Of a stretch of 64,000 bases of DNA, positions 9,812 through 19,455 are shown one piece after another; positions within the stretch are counted from its first letter, which is position 1; every line of letters starts with the position of its first letter. The DNA lies in NCBI GenBank assembly GCA_026710795.1, contig JAPOQK010000007.1, positions 14,546 to 78,545 of the forward strand, given 5' to 3'. The DNA comes from Candidatus Poribacteria bacterium (GTDB lineage: Bacteria; Poribacteria; WGA-4E; WGA-3G). The notes under the pieces are model-generated. The model saw nothing but the letters and a program-made list of their open reading frames with translations. It did no database searches and was not told the DNA's origin. The translations under genes were made by a program, and so were the position numbers.

Positions 9812-9812
9812 A

Positions 9813-9966
9813 ACCTAAGTTGCCACCTATGTAGCACAATCTGTTAGATTGTGCTTGTAAGTGCGCAAACTAACAGTTTGCGCTACGAAATATCTGTGAA
9901 TAATGAACTATTCTTGATTAAAAACAGTATCTACTTGTCTAAAATCTTGTCCGTAGCAACTTAGGT
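9813..9966 (-). mobile_element. MITE-like element (154 bp) with 11-bp TIRs and a 7-9-bp target-site duplication
   Basis: TIRs are acctaagttgc (9813-9823) and gcaacttaggt (9956-9966). It is flanked by the direct repeat taaaata(ac) at 9806-9814 and 9967-9975. Internal hairpins are gcacaatctgttagattgtgc and gcgcaaactaacagtttgcgc. It is homologous in reverse orientation to 51410-51560. Confidence 0.8.
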
Positions 9967-10009
9967 TAAAATAACTGAAAAACACCAATTTATTTTAAGG
10001 AGTTCTCAA

Positions 10010-12679
10010 ATGCCCCAACCCGCTCACAATCTGTTTAACACGCGCCAATCCCTTGAAAGCAAAGGGGTTGAGTGCAGTTACTATTCTCTTCCCGCTTTAG
10101 ATGAAGTAGGTGAGGGTTCAATTAGAGCCTTGCCTGTTAGTATTCGCATTCTACTTGAATCGTTATTACGAAATTATGATGGACATCAAATTACTGAACA
10201 GGATGTTGTCAACTTAGCGAATTGGGATGCACATTCCCCGAAAGCGGCTGAAATTCCGTTCAAACCTGCCCGTGTGGTTGCGCAAGATTTTACCGGTGTA
10301 CCACTTGTTGTTGATATTGCTGCGATGCGCACTGCCGTTGCAGAACTCGGTGGGGATGCTGAAATGATTGAACCACTCGTACCTGTTGACTTGGTAATTG
10401 ACCATTCCATTCAAGTTGATGCTTACGGGACAGAGAACGCTTTTCAGTTTAACACCCGCAGAGAGTTTGAACGCAACAAGGAACGTTACGAATTTTTGAA
10501 ATGGGGACAACAGGCGTTTGATAAGTTCAATATTATTCCCCCATCAATTGGTATTGTGCACCAAGTGAATTTGGAATACCTTGCACAAGTTGTGATGACA
10601 GAAGAGGGGGTTGCTTATCCTGATACAGTGGTCGGTACAGATTCGCATACGACCATGATTAATGGACTCGGTATTGTTGGTTGGGGTGTTGGTGGCATTG
10701 AAGCGGAAGCTGCGATGTTGGGGCAACCAGTATATATCCTAACTCCGGAAGTACTTGGCGTTTATATGAAAGGCGAACTCCGTGAAGGTGTCACTGCAAC
10801 AGACCTTGTCCTGACTGTTACACAACGGCTCAGGGAGGCAGCGGTTGTTGGTAAATTCGTTGAATTTTTCGGTGAGGGTGTAGAAGCACTGTCGTTACCT
10901 GACAGAGCAACCCTCTCTAACATGTGTCCTGAATATGGGGCAACGATCGGATTTTTCCCGCCTGATACTGAAACGATGAATTATCTCCGTCTTACTGGAC
11001 GCGATGAAGTGCATGTTAACTTGGTAGAAGCGTATCTAAAAGCACAAGGGTTGTTCGGCATTCCGAGACTTGGAGATGTTGAATACTCTGATGTGTTGGA
11101 AATTGATCTAAACGATATTGAGCCAAGTATCGCAGGACCGAAACGTCCTCAAGACCGGATTGCTTTATCGGATGTCAAAGAGACTTTCAATGAACTCCTT
11201 ACGCGTCCTGTGGCAGAAGATGGTTTTGGTGTAACGGTAGACGAAAACGGTGGTGATATTACCCACGGGTCTGTCGTCATTTCAGCGATTACAAGTTGCA
11301 CAAATACAAGTAATCCATCTGTGATGATTGGTGCGGGACTACTTGCTAAGAAGGCAGTTGAGAAAGGCTTGCGAGTACCCGACTATGTTAAAACAAGTTT
11401 AGCACCAGGGTCACGAGTTGTAACAGAATATCTGCGGAACACAGGTCTATTGCCTTATTTGGAAAAGTTGGGATATAACGTGGTGGGTTATGGATGCACG
11501 ACCTGCATTGGTAACAGCGGTCCCCTCAATAAGGTCGTTCAGGAGGCAATTGATGCAAAAAATCTTGTGACTGCAAGTGTCCTAAGTGGAAATAGGAATT
11601 TTGAAGCCCGTGTACATCCAGAAATAAAAGCCAATTTTCTCATGTCGCCGCCACTTGTGGTTGCCTACGGACTTGCTGGACGGATTGATATCGATCTTGC
11701 TACAGAACCTATCGGACATAATGATGTTGGTGAAGCAGTCTACCTACGGGATATATGGCCCACACGCAAAGAAATTGCTGATATGATCAGTGCTTCTGTT
11801 GACCGTAGAACATTTAAGGAGATGTACGAAGCTATTGGGAATCAAGCACCCGAATGGGAAGAACTTGCTGGTGCGACAGGAGTGCTTTATCCGTGGAATG
11901 TAAGGAGTACTTATATTCAGCACCCGCCTTTCTTTGAGGAATTTTCACGTGAACCCGCGCCGATTTCTGATATTACGGATGCACGAGTTCTTGGTATCTT
12001 TGGCGATTCTGTTACTACAGACCATATCTCTCCAGCAGGTGCAATAGCAGCAGCGAGTCCCGCGGGCAGCTATCTACAGGAACGTGGTGTTGAAACGCGA
12101 GATTTCAATACCTACGGTGCAAGGCGCGGTAACGACCGTGTAATGAGCCGTGGTACATTTGCTAACCGACGCGTCCGAAACTTGATGACACCTGATGTTG
12201 AAGGAGGATGGACGCTTCAGTATCCAGAAGGTACGCAGACGTCTATCTACGAAGCAGCACTTACCTACAGTGAAAATGGTATACCCACCGTTATTTTCGC
12301 AGGACAAGATTATGGTATGGGAAGTTCACGGGATTGGGCAGCGAAGGGACCGAAACTGCTGGGAGTCAAAGCCGTTGTCGTAGAAAGTTATGAGCGGATA
12401 CACCGTAGCAATCTTATCGGCATGGGTATACTTCCGCTACAGTTTATGGATGGAGAAAATGCACAGACGCTCAACCTTGATGGTAGTGAGATTATTAGCA
12501 TTACAGGTTTTGCTGATGACCTTCAACCGGGACAGACAGCAACGATGAAGATTTCCCGAACAAACGGTGAGACACTGACAACTAAATTGCTAATCAGAAT
12601 TGATTCTCCTGTAGAGGTAGAATACTACAAAAATGGTGGTATTCTGGATTATGTGATACGGAATTTTTTGTCTGTATAA
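10010..12679 (+). CDS. acnA: Aconitate hydratase A
   Basis: 889 aa with full-length aconitase/IRP-type sequence ([37 protein letters not shown]). Confidence 0.95.
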   Translation: MPQPAHNLFNTRQSLESKGVECSYYSLPALDEVGEGSIRALPVSIRILLESLLRNYDGHQITEQDVVNLANWDAHSPKAAEIPFKPARVVAQDFTGVPLVVDIAAMRTAVAELGGDAEMIEPLVPVDLVIDHSIQVDAYGTENAFQFNTRREFERNKERYEFLKWGQQAFDKFNIIPPSIGIVHQVNLEYLAQVVMTEEGVAYPDTVVGTDSHTTMINGLGIVGWGVGGIEAEAAMLGQPVYILTPEVLGVYMKGELREGVTATDLVLTVTQRLREAAVVGKFVEFFGEGVEALSLPDRATLSNMCPEYGATIGFFPPDTETMNYLRLTGRDEVHVNLVEAYLKAQGLFGIPRLGDVEYSDVLEIDLNDIEPSIAGPKRPQDRIALSDVKETFNELLTRPVAEDGFGVTVDENGGDITHGSVVISAITSCTNTSNPSVMIGAGLLAKKAVEKGLRVPDYVKTSLAPGSRVVTEYLRNTGLLPYLEKLGYNVVGYGCTTCIGNSGPLNKVVQEAIDAKNLVTASVLSGNRNFEARVHPEIKANFLMSPPLVVAYGLAGRIDIDLATEPIGHNDVGEAVYLRDIWPTRKEIADMISASVDRRTFKEMYEAIGNQAPEWEELAGATGVLYPWNVRSTYIQHPPFFEEFSREPAPISDITDARVLGIFGDSVTTDHISPAGAIAAASPAGSYLQERGVETRDFNTYGARRGNDRVMSRGTFANRRVRNLMTPDVEGGWTLQYPEGTQTSIYEAALTYSENGIPTVIFAGQDYGMGSSRDWAAKGPKLLGVKAVVVESYERIHRSNLIGMGILPLQFMDGENAQTLNLDGSEIISITGFADDLQPGQTATMKISRTNGETLTTKLLIRIDSPVEVEYYKNGGILDYVIRNFLSV

Positions 12680-12809
12680 CTAAAATTACCATCGCAAACT
12701 TGTGGCATATTCTTGACATCTGCCTGTAGGATATGTTACTATTTGCTTAAATGCAGTTCACTTTTAGCAATATAACAAGATTTCATATAATAAAAGGCGG
12801 TGAGTTTAA

Positions 12810-12941
12810 ATGGCACGTAAAAGAACCACAACTGTTAAGGTCGGACGCGATGCGAAAACAGGTAAATTTATGACTGTTTCAGAAGCTAAACGACGCAAAA
12901 AGACAGCAGTAGTTGAAACAATTAAGCGAAAGACTAAATAA
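12810..12941 (+). CDS. Small highly basic protein (43 aa), unknown function
   Basis: Not in the supplied track because it is under 60 aa. ATG at 12810 is preceded by aaaggcggtgag. Translation: MARKRTTTVKVGRDAKTGKFMTVSEAKRRKKTAVVETIKRKTK. Confidence 0.45.
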   Translation: MARKRTTTVKVGRDAKTGKFMTVSEAKRRKKTAVVETIKRKTK

Positions 12942-13029
12942 GCAAATTGTCATTAAGAATTATATTTTTTCTAAACATAGATAAAATCATTAAGAAAAGA
13001 CCTTTCTGTAGCGTGAAAAACCAATAAAC

Positions 13030-14331
13030 ATGACCAAATGTTACCAGACATCAAACGAACAATTATGTGACATAAGAAATCTAATTTGTAAGATAGAAGA
13101 AAAATCTGTAACCGGCGACTATATCTACCGTGGTGAACCAGAACATCATGAAGAGCCACCATACTACGGGAAAATCTGTTCAAGTCTTTTTCGTCAATAC
13201 GCCCGAATTGAAGCAGACGAATTTAACATAGAAGAAGTCCAGAAAGAAATACTTGCAGAAGCTGAAGTATATAGTCATGAAACGGACGATCATATTGAGA
13301 TTTTAACACAACTCCAACATTTCGGCGGTAAAACGAATCTGATTGACTTTACCACTGACTACCTCATTGCTCTTTTCTTTACATGTGATAGCTCAAATTC
13401 TCTATCTAAAGATGGTAGACTGATTCTTTTGCGAAAAACTGATGAGCGGGAAAAGCAGATTTTGTCACCTCGTAATCCACGAAATCGTGTTATTGCTCAG
13501 AAAAGCGTGTTTCTTCGGCATCCCCGTGGTTTTCTTAGTTCCGATGACGTAGAGATAATCACAATTCCCGCTTCTCTCAAACAACCATTGTTAGTCCACT
13601 TAGAAAAGTACCACGGCATCACGACAGAAACTGTATATAACGATCTCCATGGTTTTATCACAAACCAGAGTTTCCATGAAGAAGCCTACGCTGAATTTCA
13701 TAGAGGTCTCAGTTATTATATTAAAGGGGATGAAGCGGAGAATCCAGAAGAAAAACAAGATGCTTATGAAAAAGCAGTATTCCATTATACTGAAGCTTTG
13801 AAGTTGAAACCAGATATTTCAGAAGGATACAACAACAGGGGTAATGCTTACCGAGATAAAGGTGAAATTGACAAAGCAATTCAAGACTATGACAAAGCAA
13901 TAGAATCTGATCCTCAGGATGCTGTACCATATAATAATCGCGGTGTTGCTTATCTAAATAAAGGTGAAATTGACAATGCTATAGGTGATTTTAGCAAAGC
14001 ACTTGAATATGACTCTGAGGATGTTAATGCTCTCAACAATCTTGGTGTTGCATACTTTGAAAAGGACGAGATTGACAATGCTATCAAAGAATATTCCGCC
14101 GCAATAGAACTATCCCCTGAGTATGCTGATGCCTATCGTAATCGTGGTATTGCATGGTTGTACCAAAAAGAATGGGAAAAAGCGAAAGAGGACCTTACTA
14201 TTGCGATGGAATTGGATGTGGATATTGTATCCTTATTTTATCGCACTTACGATAGCATTGCTGATTTTGAGCAGAAAAACGAAATTGACTTACCCAAAGA
14301 AATTGAAGCAATACTGACATCAAAAGAATAG
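13030..14331 (+). CDS. FRG-domain / TPR-repeat fusion protein
   Basis: 433 aa. The N-terminal half has an FRG-type signature (YIYRGEP..., LQHFGGKTNLIDFTTDYLIALFFTC). The C-terminal half has about five canonical TPRs (YNNRGNAYRDKGEIDKAIQDYDKAIE and similar). Confidence 0.75.
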   Translation: MTKCYQTSNEQLCDIRNLICKIEEKSVTGDYIYRGEPEHHEEPPYYGKICSSLFRQYARIEADEFNIEEVQKEILAEAEVYSHETDDHIEILTQLQHFGGKTNLIDFTTDYLIALFFTCDSSNSLSKDGRLILLRKTDEREKQILSPRNPRNRVIAQKSVFLRHPRGFLSSDDVEIITIPASLKQPLLVHLEKYHGITTETVYNDLHGFITNQSFHEEAYAEFHRGLSYYIKGDEAENPEEKQDAYEKAVFHYTEALKLKPDISEGYNNRGNAYRDKGEIDKAIQDYDKAIESDPQDAVPYNNRGVAYLNKGEIDNAIGDFSKALEYDSEDVNALNNLGVAYFEKDEIDNAIKEYSAAIELSPEYADAYRNRGIAWLYQKEWEKAKEDLTIAMELDVDIVSLFYRTYDSIADFEQKNEIDLPKEIEAILTSKE

Positions 14332-14422
14332 CATTATTATTATGGCAGAACGTGAGAAATAAAACACAAGGATTACCATCCATAAAATAAACCAAAACAT
14401 AAGAAATTATGAAGAAGATCAA

Positions 14423-14845
14423 ATGCAATCTTTAAAGCAACTAATACTACCAATTACATTAATCCTTTTCTCTCTCACTGTTGGATGTGATCCGGAGTTC
14501 AAGAATCCATGCACTGGGTCTTGGATTTCAAGGTGTGCCGCGAATACAGAGATACTTATTATAGGACCTTATAGAACAGAGTGTCCAAGTTTTTCTGGGG
14601 CAGATTGCTATCTTGAATTCAATGAGGAAAATCAGCGATGGTTTTTTTTCTATGATGGCATAAAAGGATTTGACTTTGAACCGGGATATATCTATAGGTT
14701 GAAAGTCAGTCTTCATGAGTATGCAGTAGAATACGCAGATGCGGGAAAGTATGAGTATCGACTCATAGAGGTATTAAACAAGGAGGAGGTATCGGTTGAT
14801 GAGAAGCCTCCGAGAAACCCACCGTCAGAATGGATAAATCCTTAG
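14423..14845 (+). CDS. Small lipoprotein, possibly DUF4377-like
   Basis: 140 aa with lipobox LTVGC. The pattern CYLEF...W..FYDGIKGFDFEPGYIYRLKV...YRLIEVL resembles DUF4377. Confidence 0.45.
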   Translation: MQSLKQLILPITLILFSLTVGCDPEFKNPCTGSWISRCAANTEILIIGPYRTECPSFSGADCYLEFNEENQRWFFFYDGIKGFDFEPGYIYRLKVSLHEYAVEYADAGKYEYRLIEVLNKEEVSVDEKPPRNPPSEWINP

Positions 14846-14854
14846 AAGTATCAT

Positions 14855-15676
14855 TTATCTTCCATGAATCGCTCGCAAATCTAATCGCGCATCTACATCA
14901 TCCGACACAGCGTTTGTCCAATCCACATCGTCAGTGCTTTGCAGACTCATCAATGCGACATTTACCATCGGGTTTGATAAAGAGTAGTTCAATAGAAAAC
15001 TATCAACGTCAACTTCTGCCATCTCATTAGGAAAGCAATGTTTCATAAGATTTTGAAAGACGTTGCTTGTTGTGGAACGCATCAGCACTATTCCAATGTC
15101 TTGTGCCACAGCATCAGGGATAACTCCTTTCCTACCGAAAGTGTCACAGGTGCTTTGATACATTAGGTTGTAATGGATTTGCATCATATCAAGCTGCCCT
15201 GTTGCAATGAGTTGTTCTGCCCCACCAGAGGGTCCATCTGCTGAAAAACCAATATATCGAACCTTACCTTCTTCCTTCAGTTTGAGATATGTCTCTAACC
15301 CGCCACCGTTCAATATCTGTTCCGTTTCTTTTTCATAAAACCAGCCACCATGGAATTGTAGCACATCAATATAGTCAGTGCCGAGTCGTTGTAGGCTCCC
15401 TTCCAAATCTGTTGCGATGCCATCTGGGTCAAATGCTTCTGTCTTTGTCGCAACGATGCATCCGTCTCGTCGACCTGCTATTGCTTTTCCTATAATTGTT
15501 TCGCTATAACCGCCTCCGTAGTTAGGGGCAGTGTCAATGAAGTTCACACCGCAATCTATAGCGTAATGGATCATATTGACAAGTGCTTTTTCATCATGTT
15601 CAGGTCGAACCCTACCACCGCCGTAACCGATTTCAGAAACACGGAGTCCGGTTTTACCAAGTGTGCGATACTGCAT
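14855..15676 (-). CDS. Aldo/keto reductase family oxidoreductase
   Basis: 273 aa with MQYRTLGKTGLRVSEIGYGG and GVNFIDTAPNYGGGYSE. Confidence 0.85.
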   Translation of the reverse strand: MQYRTLGKTGLRVSEIGYGGGRVRPEHDEKALVNMIHYAIDCGVNFIDTAPNYGGGYSETIIGKAIAGRRDGCIVATKTEAFDPDGIATDLEGSLQRLGTDYIDVLQFHGGWFYEKETEQILNGGGLETYLKLKEEGKVRYIGFSADGPSGGAEQLIATGQLDMMQIHYNLMYQSTCDTFGRKGVIPDAVAQDIGIVLMRSTTSNVFQNLMKHCFPNEMAEVDVDSFLLNYSLSNPMVNVALMSLQSTDDVDWTNAVSDDVDARLDLRAIHGR

Positions 15677-15860
15677 AATACTTTAATCTCCTTTGTAACA
15701 GAGGTTTTCCGATGCCTATATTAACACAGGTCTCTGATAAAATGCAAGAAATTCTACACATAAAAGCCTATGAAGCAGCCGTTAACAGTGGTTTCATTCT
15801 CAACCCAACTTACAAGGCACTGTATAACATAACTTTACACAATTATGTTGGTAAATTCAC

Positions 15861-15889
15861 TTGACAAACGGGTTATTATGTGTTAGAAT
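15861..15889 (+). promoter_or_regulatory. Sigma70-type promoter TTGACA-N17-TAGAAT upstream of the tRNA cluster
   Basis: ttgaca at 15861-15866, a 17-nt spacer, and tagaat at 15884-15889, 25 nt before the first tRNA. Confidence 0.6.
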
Positions 15890-15913
15890 TGAATTGGTCA
15901 ATTATCTAAGAAT

Positions 15914-16001
15914 GGTGGGATGGCTGAGTGGACGAAGGCGGCGGTCTTGAAAACCGTTGTGGCGCAAGTCACCGTGGGTTCGAATCCTACTCCCACCGCC
16001 A
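15914..16001 (+). tRNA. tRNA-Ser (anticodon TGA)
   Basis: Acceptor ggtggga / tcccacc, anticodon loop cttgaaa, long variable arm, T-loop ggttcgaatcc, CCA encoded. Confidence 0.9.
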
Positions 16002-16006
16002 TATAT

Positions 16007-16091
16007 GGAGAGGTGCAGGAGTGGTTGAACTGGACTGCCTGCTAAGCAGTTATGGCGTAAGCCATCGTGGGTTCGAATCCCACCCTCTCCG
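16007..16091 (+). tRNA. tRNA-Ser (anticodon GCT)
   Basis: Acceptor ggagagg / cctctcc, anticodon stem actgc / gcagt with loop ctgctaa, long variable arm. Confidence 0.9.
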
Positions 16092-16205
16092 TTTTTGAAC
16101 TTATAACGACTAATATGATTGTAGTGAGTTGCGTTTATAAGTTGGTTTGGATGGAGTGAAACTCAACAATATCATACTTTCCTTCCCAAGATTTTGACAA
16201 AATAT

Positions 16206-16279
16206 GCGCCTGTAGCTCAGTGGATTAGAGCATCTGACTACGGATCAGAAGGCCGGGGGTTCGAATCCTCTCAGGCGCT
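16206..16279 (+). tRNA. tRNA-Arg (anticodon ACG)
   Basis: Acceptor gcgcctg / caggcgc, anticodon stem tctga / tcaga with loop ctacgga, followed by a T-run. Confidence 0.9.
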
Positions 16280-16325
16280 TTTTTGACTCTTAAGGCATAC
16301 GTTATAGGCGTTCAAGAGTCGTTAA

Positions 16326-16814
16326 ATGAAAGCAGCATCAAAGACTGTTCCTGTTATGCAAATATTTGATAGTGATATCTTGTGGATGGAGCAGGCACTT
16401 GATTTGGCAAGGCAGGCGAGTGATAAAGGTGAAGTTCCTGTCGGTGCGATAATTGTTAAAGACAATGCTTGTATAGCGGCTGCCCATAACCATCGTGAAC
16501 TTTCAGGAAACCCAATCGCACACGCTGAAATGCTTGCGATACAGGAAGCAGCGGAAAAAGTAGGCAATTGGCGGCTGATTGATACCACATTATATGTAAC
16601 TTTGGAACCGTGTCCGATGTGTGCTGGGGCAATAGTCTTGTCGCGTATTCCAAAGGTTGTTTATGCTGCCACAGATCCGAGAGCAGGGGCAGCTGGAACG
16701 CTTTACAATATCATCCAAGATGAACGATTGAATCACCAAGTTGAGTTGGTAAGTGGTATTTGTGCTGAAGAGAGCAGTACGTTGTTGAAATCGTTTTTTA
16801 AGAACTGCCGTTAA
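16326..16814 (+). CDS. tadA: tRNA-specific adenosine-34 deaminase
   Basis: 162 aa with the CDA-fold zinc motifs HAEMLAI and PCPMCAGAI. Confidence 0.9.
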   Translation: MKAASKTVPVMQIFDSDILWMEQALDLARQASDKGEVPVGAIIVKDNACIAAAHNHRELSGNPIAHAEMLAIQEAAEKVGNWRLIDTTLYVTLEPCPMCAGAIVLSRIPKVVYAATDPRAGAAGTLYNIIQDERLNHQVELVSGICAEESSTLLKSFFKNCR

Positions 16815-16847
16815 AAAAATTAGGTAGATTCTTCGAAAGACTATAGG

Positions 16848-16934
16848 GAGAGATGCAGGAGCGGTTGAACTGGACAGTCTCGAAAACTGTTGTGGCGCAA
16901 GTCACCGTGGGTTCGAATCCCACTCTCTCCGCCA
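16848..16934 (+). tRNA. tRNA-Ser (anticodon CGA)
   Basis: Acceptor ggagaga / tctctcc, anticodon loop ctcgaaa, long variable arm, CCA encoded. Confidence 0.9.
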
Positions 16935-16998
16935 TAATATGATTGCTATCTGAAGGTATGTGTATCTATAAGACTTAATATTATGTTTCTGTTACATC

Positions 16999-17071
16999 GG
17001 GGCAGTAGCTCAGTTGGGAGAGCGCATCCCTCGCACGGATGAGGTCACGGGTTCAAATCCCGTCTGCTCCA
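16999..17071 (+). tRNA. tRNA-Ala (anticodon CGC)
   Basis: Acceptor ggggcag / ctgctcc with the G3:U70 identity pair; anticodon stem catcc / ggatg with loop ctcgcac. Confidence 0.9.
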
Positions 17072-17089
17072 TTTTTATTATACTTTCCG

Positions 17090-17180
17090 GAGAGATGCAG
17101 GAGTTGGTTGAACTGGCATGACTGGAAATCATGTGTGCTGTTTTGCAGTACCGTGGGTTCGAATCCCACTCTCTCCGCCA
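17090..17180 (+). tRNA. tRNA-Ser (anticodon GGA)
   Basis: Acceptor ggagaga / tctctcc, anticodon stem catga / tcatg with loop ctggaaa, long variable arm, CCA encoded. Confidence 0.9.
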
Positions 17181-17264
17181 TATTTTGGAGCAATGCTGGC
17201 TATTGGATACTAACAGTGTGTTCTAAGGTCAGCATGTTCGCATCCGATAAGAATATAACGCCTT

Positions 17265-17534
17265 GGCTATGCTAGGTGGGGAGGTAGCGGTGCCCTGTAT
17301 CTGCAATCCGCTATAGCAGAACTGAATTCCCAGTATGAGGTCTGTTTTTGTGGGGACTGTCCCAAGTACGAAGCGTTGATAGTCGGGTCTTGAGCAACGG
17401 GAACTTGTTGAACCCCGTCAGGTCTGGAAGGAAGCAGCGGCAGATAAGGTTTCTCGTGTGACGCAAGGTAGCCTGGTTTGAGCTAACGACTTGGGCAACG
17501 CCCGGAAAGGCTTGTCGAGTTTGGGTGCATAGCC
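17265..17534 (+). ncRNA. ffs: Signal recognition particle RNA, large (Alu-domain-containing) type
   Basis: The domain IV signature gtcaggtctggaaggaagcagcggcagat is present. Terminal helix is ggctatgc (17265-17272) with gcatagcc (17527-17534). Length is about 270 nt, and it sits immediately upstream of dnaX as in Bacillus-type synteny. Confidence 0.85.
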
Positions 17535-17612
17535 ATTTATCATATTATAACCGTTATTTACTACACGCAGTTATGAACAAGGTTGTATATTCACCTATCT
17601 AAGGTTTCAAAC

Positions 17613-19376
17613 ATGTCTTATGAAGTTTTTGCCCAGAAATGGCGACCTCAATTCTTCCGAGATGTTGTTGGACAGACGCATGTGACCGCTACATTACAGA
17701 ATCAAATCCGGTCCGAGCGTCTTGGTCATGCATACCTGTTTTGGGGACCAAGAGGCACTGGAAAAACGACAGTAGCACGTCTTTTTGCTAAAGCGGTCAA
17801 CTGTTTGAATTCCACACAAGAAACCGACTTAGGTATAGTCAAGACTGGAGAACCTTGTAATGAATGTGATGCTTGCCGCGAAATTACGCAAGGTTCATCT
17901 TTTGATGTCATAGAAATGGATGCCGCTTCCAACCGTGGTATTGACACGATCCGTGATCTTCGCGAGAATGTAAAGCTTTCCCCCGCAGCCTATAAATACA
18001 AAATCTATATCATTGATGAAGTTCACATGCTCACGTCGGAAGGGTTCAACGCCTTACTCAAAACCTTAGAAGAACCGCCAGCACATGTCATTTTTATCAT
18101 GGCAACGACAGAACATTCCCAAATCCCAAAAACTATCGTTTCTCGTTGTCAAGATTTCGATTTTCGATATCTCATTTCTGAACAGATTACTTCCCGACTA
18201 CAACTTATTGCAGATGATGAAGGGATTTCGACGGATAGTGAAGTGCTTTCGCTCATTGCCCGACAATCCGAAGGGTGCCTTCGTGATGCGGAAAATCTAC
18301 TTGAGCGTTTGGTTTCATCTGCTGGTAAAGAATTGACGCTGGATAACGTTGAGGAAACACTCGGTCTCAGTTCAAGCAATCTTCTTCACGAACTTACAGA
18401 GGCAATAGCAGGACAGAATCTTGGTGGTGGACTTGCCGCATTAAACCAGTTATCCATACAAGGGATGGATTTAGCACAATGTCTTCACCAGATGATCGCT
18501 TATTTTCGTGACTTGCGGTTACTTGCCATTGATAATAACCTTGAAGAACTCATTCAGAGTCCAAAATCTGAACTGACGGAACTAAAGGAGAAAGCAGAAC
18601 AATTTTCAGTAGAGAGGTTGTCTCGGATTATCAAGATACTGATGCATACCAATCGCGAAATAAAAGAATATGGTTATGCACAATTACATCTTGAGAGTGC
18701 ATTAATGCAAATTAACTCAATCAAAGAGACAATACAGCTTGACGAAATTGTCAACAAACTGATTGCAATAGAACAGAAGATTGGTAGTTCTGATATGGAT
18801 TCAGGAACTACACTTCCTATTATCCCTAACACTAAACCGAATGAATTGATTTCTGAGGTAGAGAGTTCCGTGCGTTCAAAGCAAGAATCGGAATCTTCAT
18901 CTCAAATGTTTCTTCAATCTGACACTGATAGAAGTGCCTCGGATGCAGAAACAGATAAGACTCAGCAAACAACCCCTCGGAGTTTAGATGAGTTACCCAA
19001 TATATGGGCAGAAGTGATGGAACAACTTAAGGAAACATCGCCTCAGTTAGCCTATGGTACATTAAAAGGGGCGAATCCTGTTCAAGAAGGTGAAGATCGT
19101 ATTAAAATTGTATGTGCACATGATGCGAGTCAATCATTTGTTGATGATGATGCGAAGCAGAAGATTATCGATAGATTATCTGAGGTAATCGGAAAACCTG
19201 TTCAGATTGAACTTGTTAGAGCAGAAGCAGATGTACAAACAGATGAAACCACTGGAGAGACTGAGAAAGAAGTCAAAACGACACCTATGATGCGTAAACT
19301 TCAAGCCGAAGAAGACGACCAAATTCAACCCGTGCTTGACTTATTTGACGCGAGAATTTTAGACATACAAATTTAG
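17613..19376 (+). CDS. dnaX: DNA polymerase III subunit gamma/tau
   Basis: MSYEVFAQKWRPQFF, Walker A GPRGTGKTT, zinc module CNECDACREI, and IYIIDEVHML. The track ORF begins at a TTG at 17583; the ATG at 17613 fits the family N-terminus. Confidence 0.9.
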   Translation: MSYEVFAQKWRPQFFRDVVGQTHVTATLQNQIRSERLGHAYLFWGPRGTGKTTVARLFAKAVNCLNSTQETDLGIVKTGEPCNECDACREITQGSSFDVIEMDAASNRGIDTIRDLRENVKLSPAAYKYKIYIIDEVHMLTSEGFNALLKTLEEPPAHVIFIMATTEHSQIPKTIVSRCQDFDFRYLISEQITSRLQLIADDEGISTDSEVLSLIARQSEGCLRDAENLLERLVSSAGKELTLDNVEETLGLSSSNLLHELTEAIAGQNLGGGLAALNQLSIQGMDLAQCLHQMIAYFRDLRLLAIDNNLEELIQSPKSELTELKEKAEQFSVERLSRIIKILMHTNREIKEYGYAQLHLESALMQINSIKETIQLDEIVNKLIAIEQKIGSSDMDSGTTLPIIPNTKPNELISEVESSVRSKQESESSSQMFLQSDTDRSASDAETDKTQQTTPRSLDELPNIWAEVMEQLKETSPQLAYGTLKGANPVQEGEDRIKIVCAHDASQSFVDDDAKQKIIDRLSEVIGKPVQIELVRAEADVQTDETTGETEKEVKTTPMMRKLQAEEDDQIQPVLDLFDARILDIQI

Positions 19377-19455
19377 CCTGTATGCCGCTAAATACCTATT
19401 TATATTTAAGGAGATACTTCCAATTCTCTTTTGAGAGTTGGCACTTTTTACTATT

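Noticed and set aside
17039-17275. 78-aa ORF on the plus strand
   Set aside because: It overlaps tRNA-Ala(CGC) and tRNA-Ser(GGA), so it is an artefact of six-frame translation.
17613-19376. Programmed ribosomal frameshift site in dnaX (gamma subunit)
   Set aside because: No A-AAA-AAG-type slippery heptamer with a downstream hairpin was seen on reading the gene. Absence by eye is not proof.
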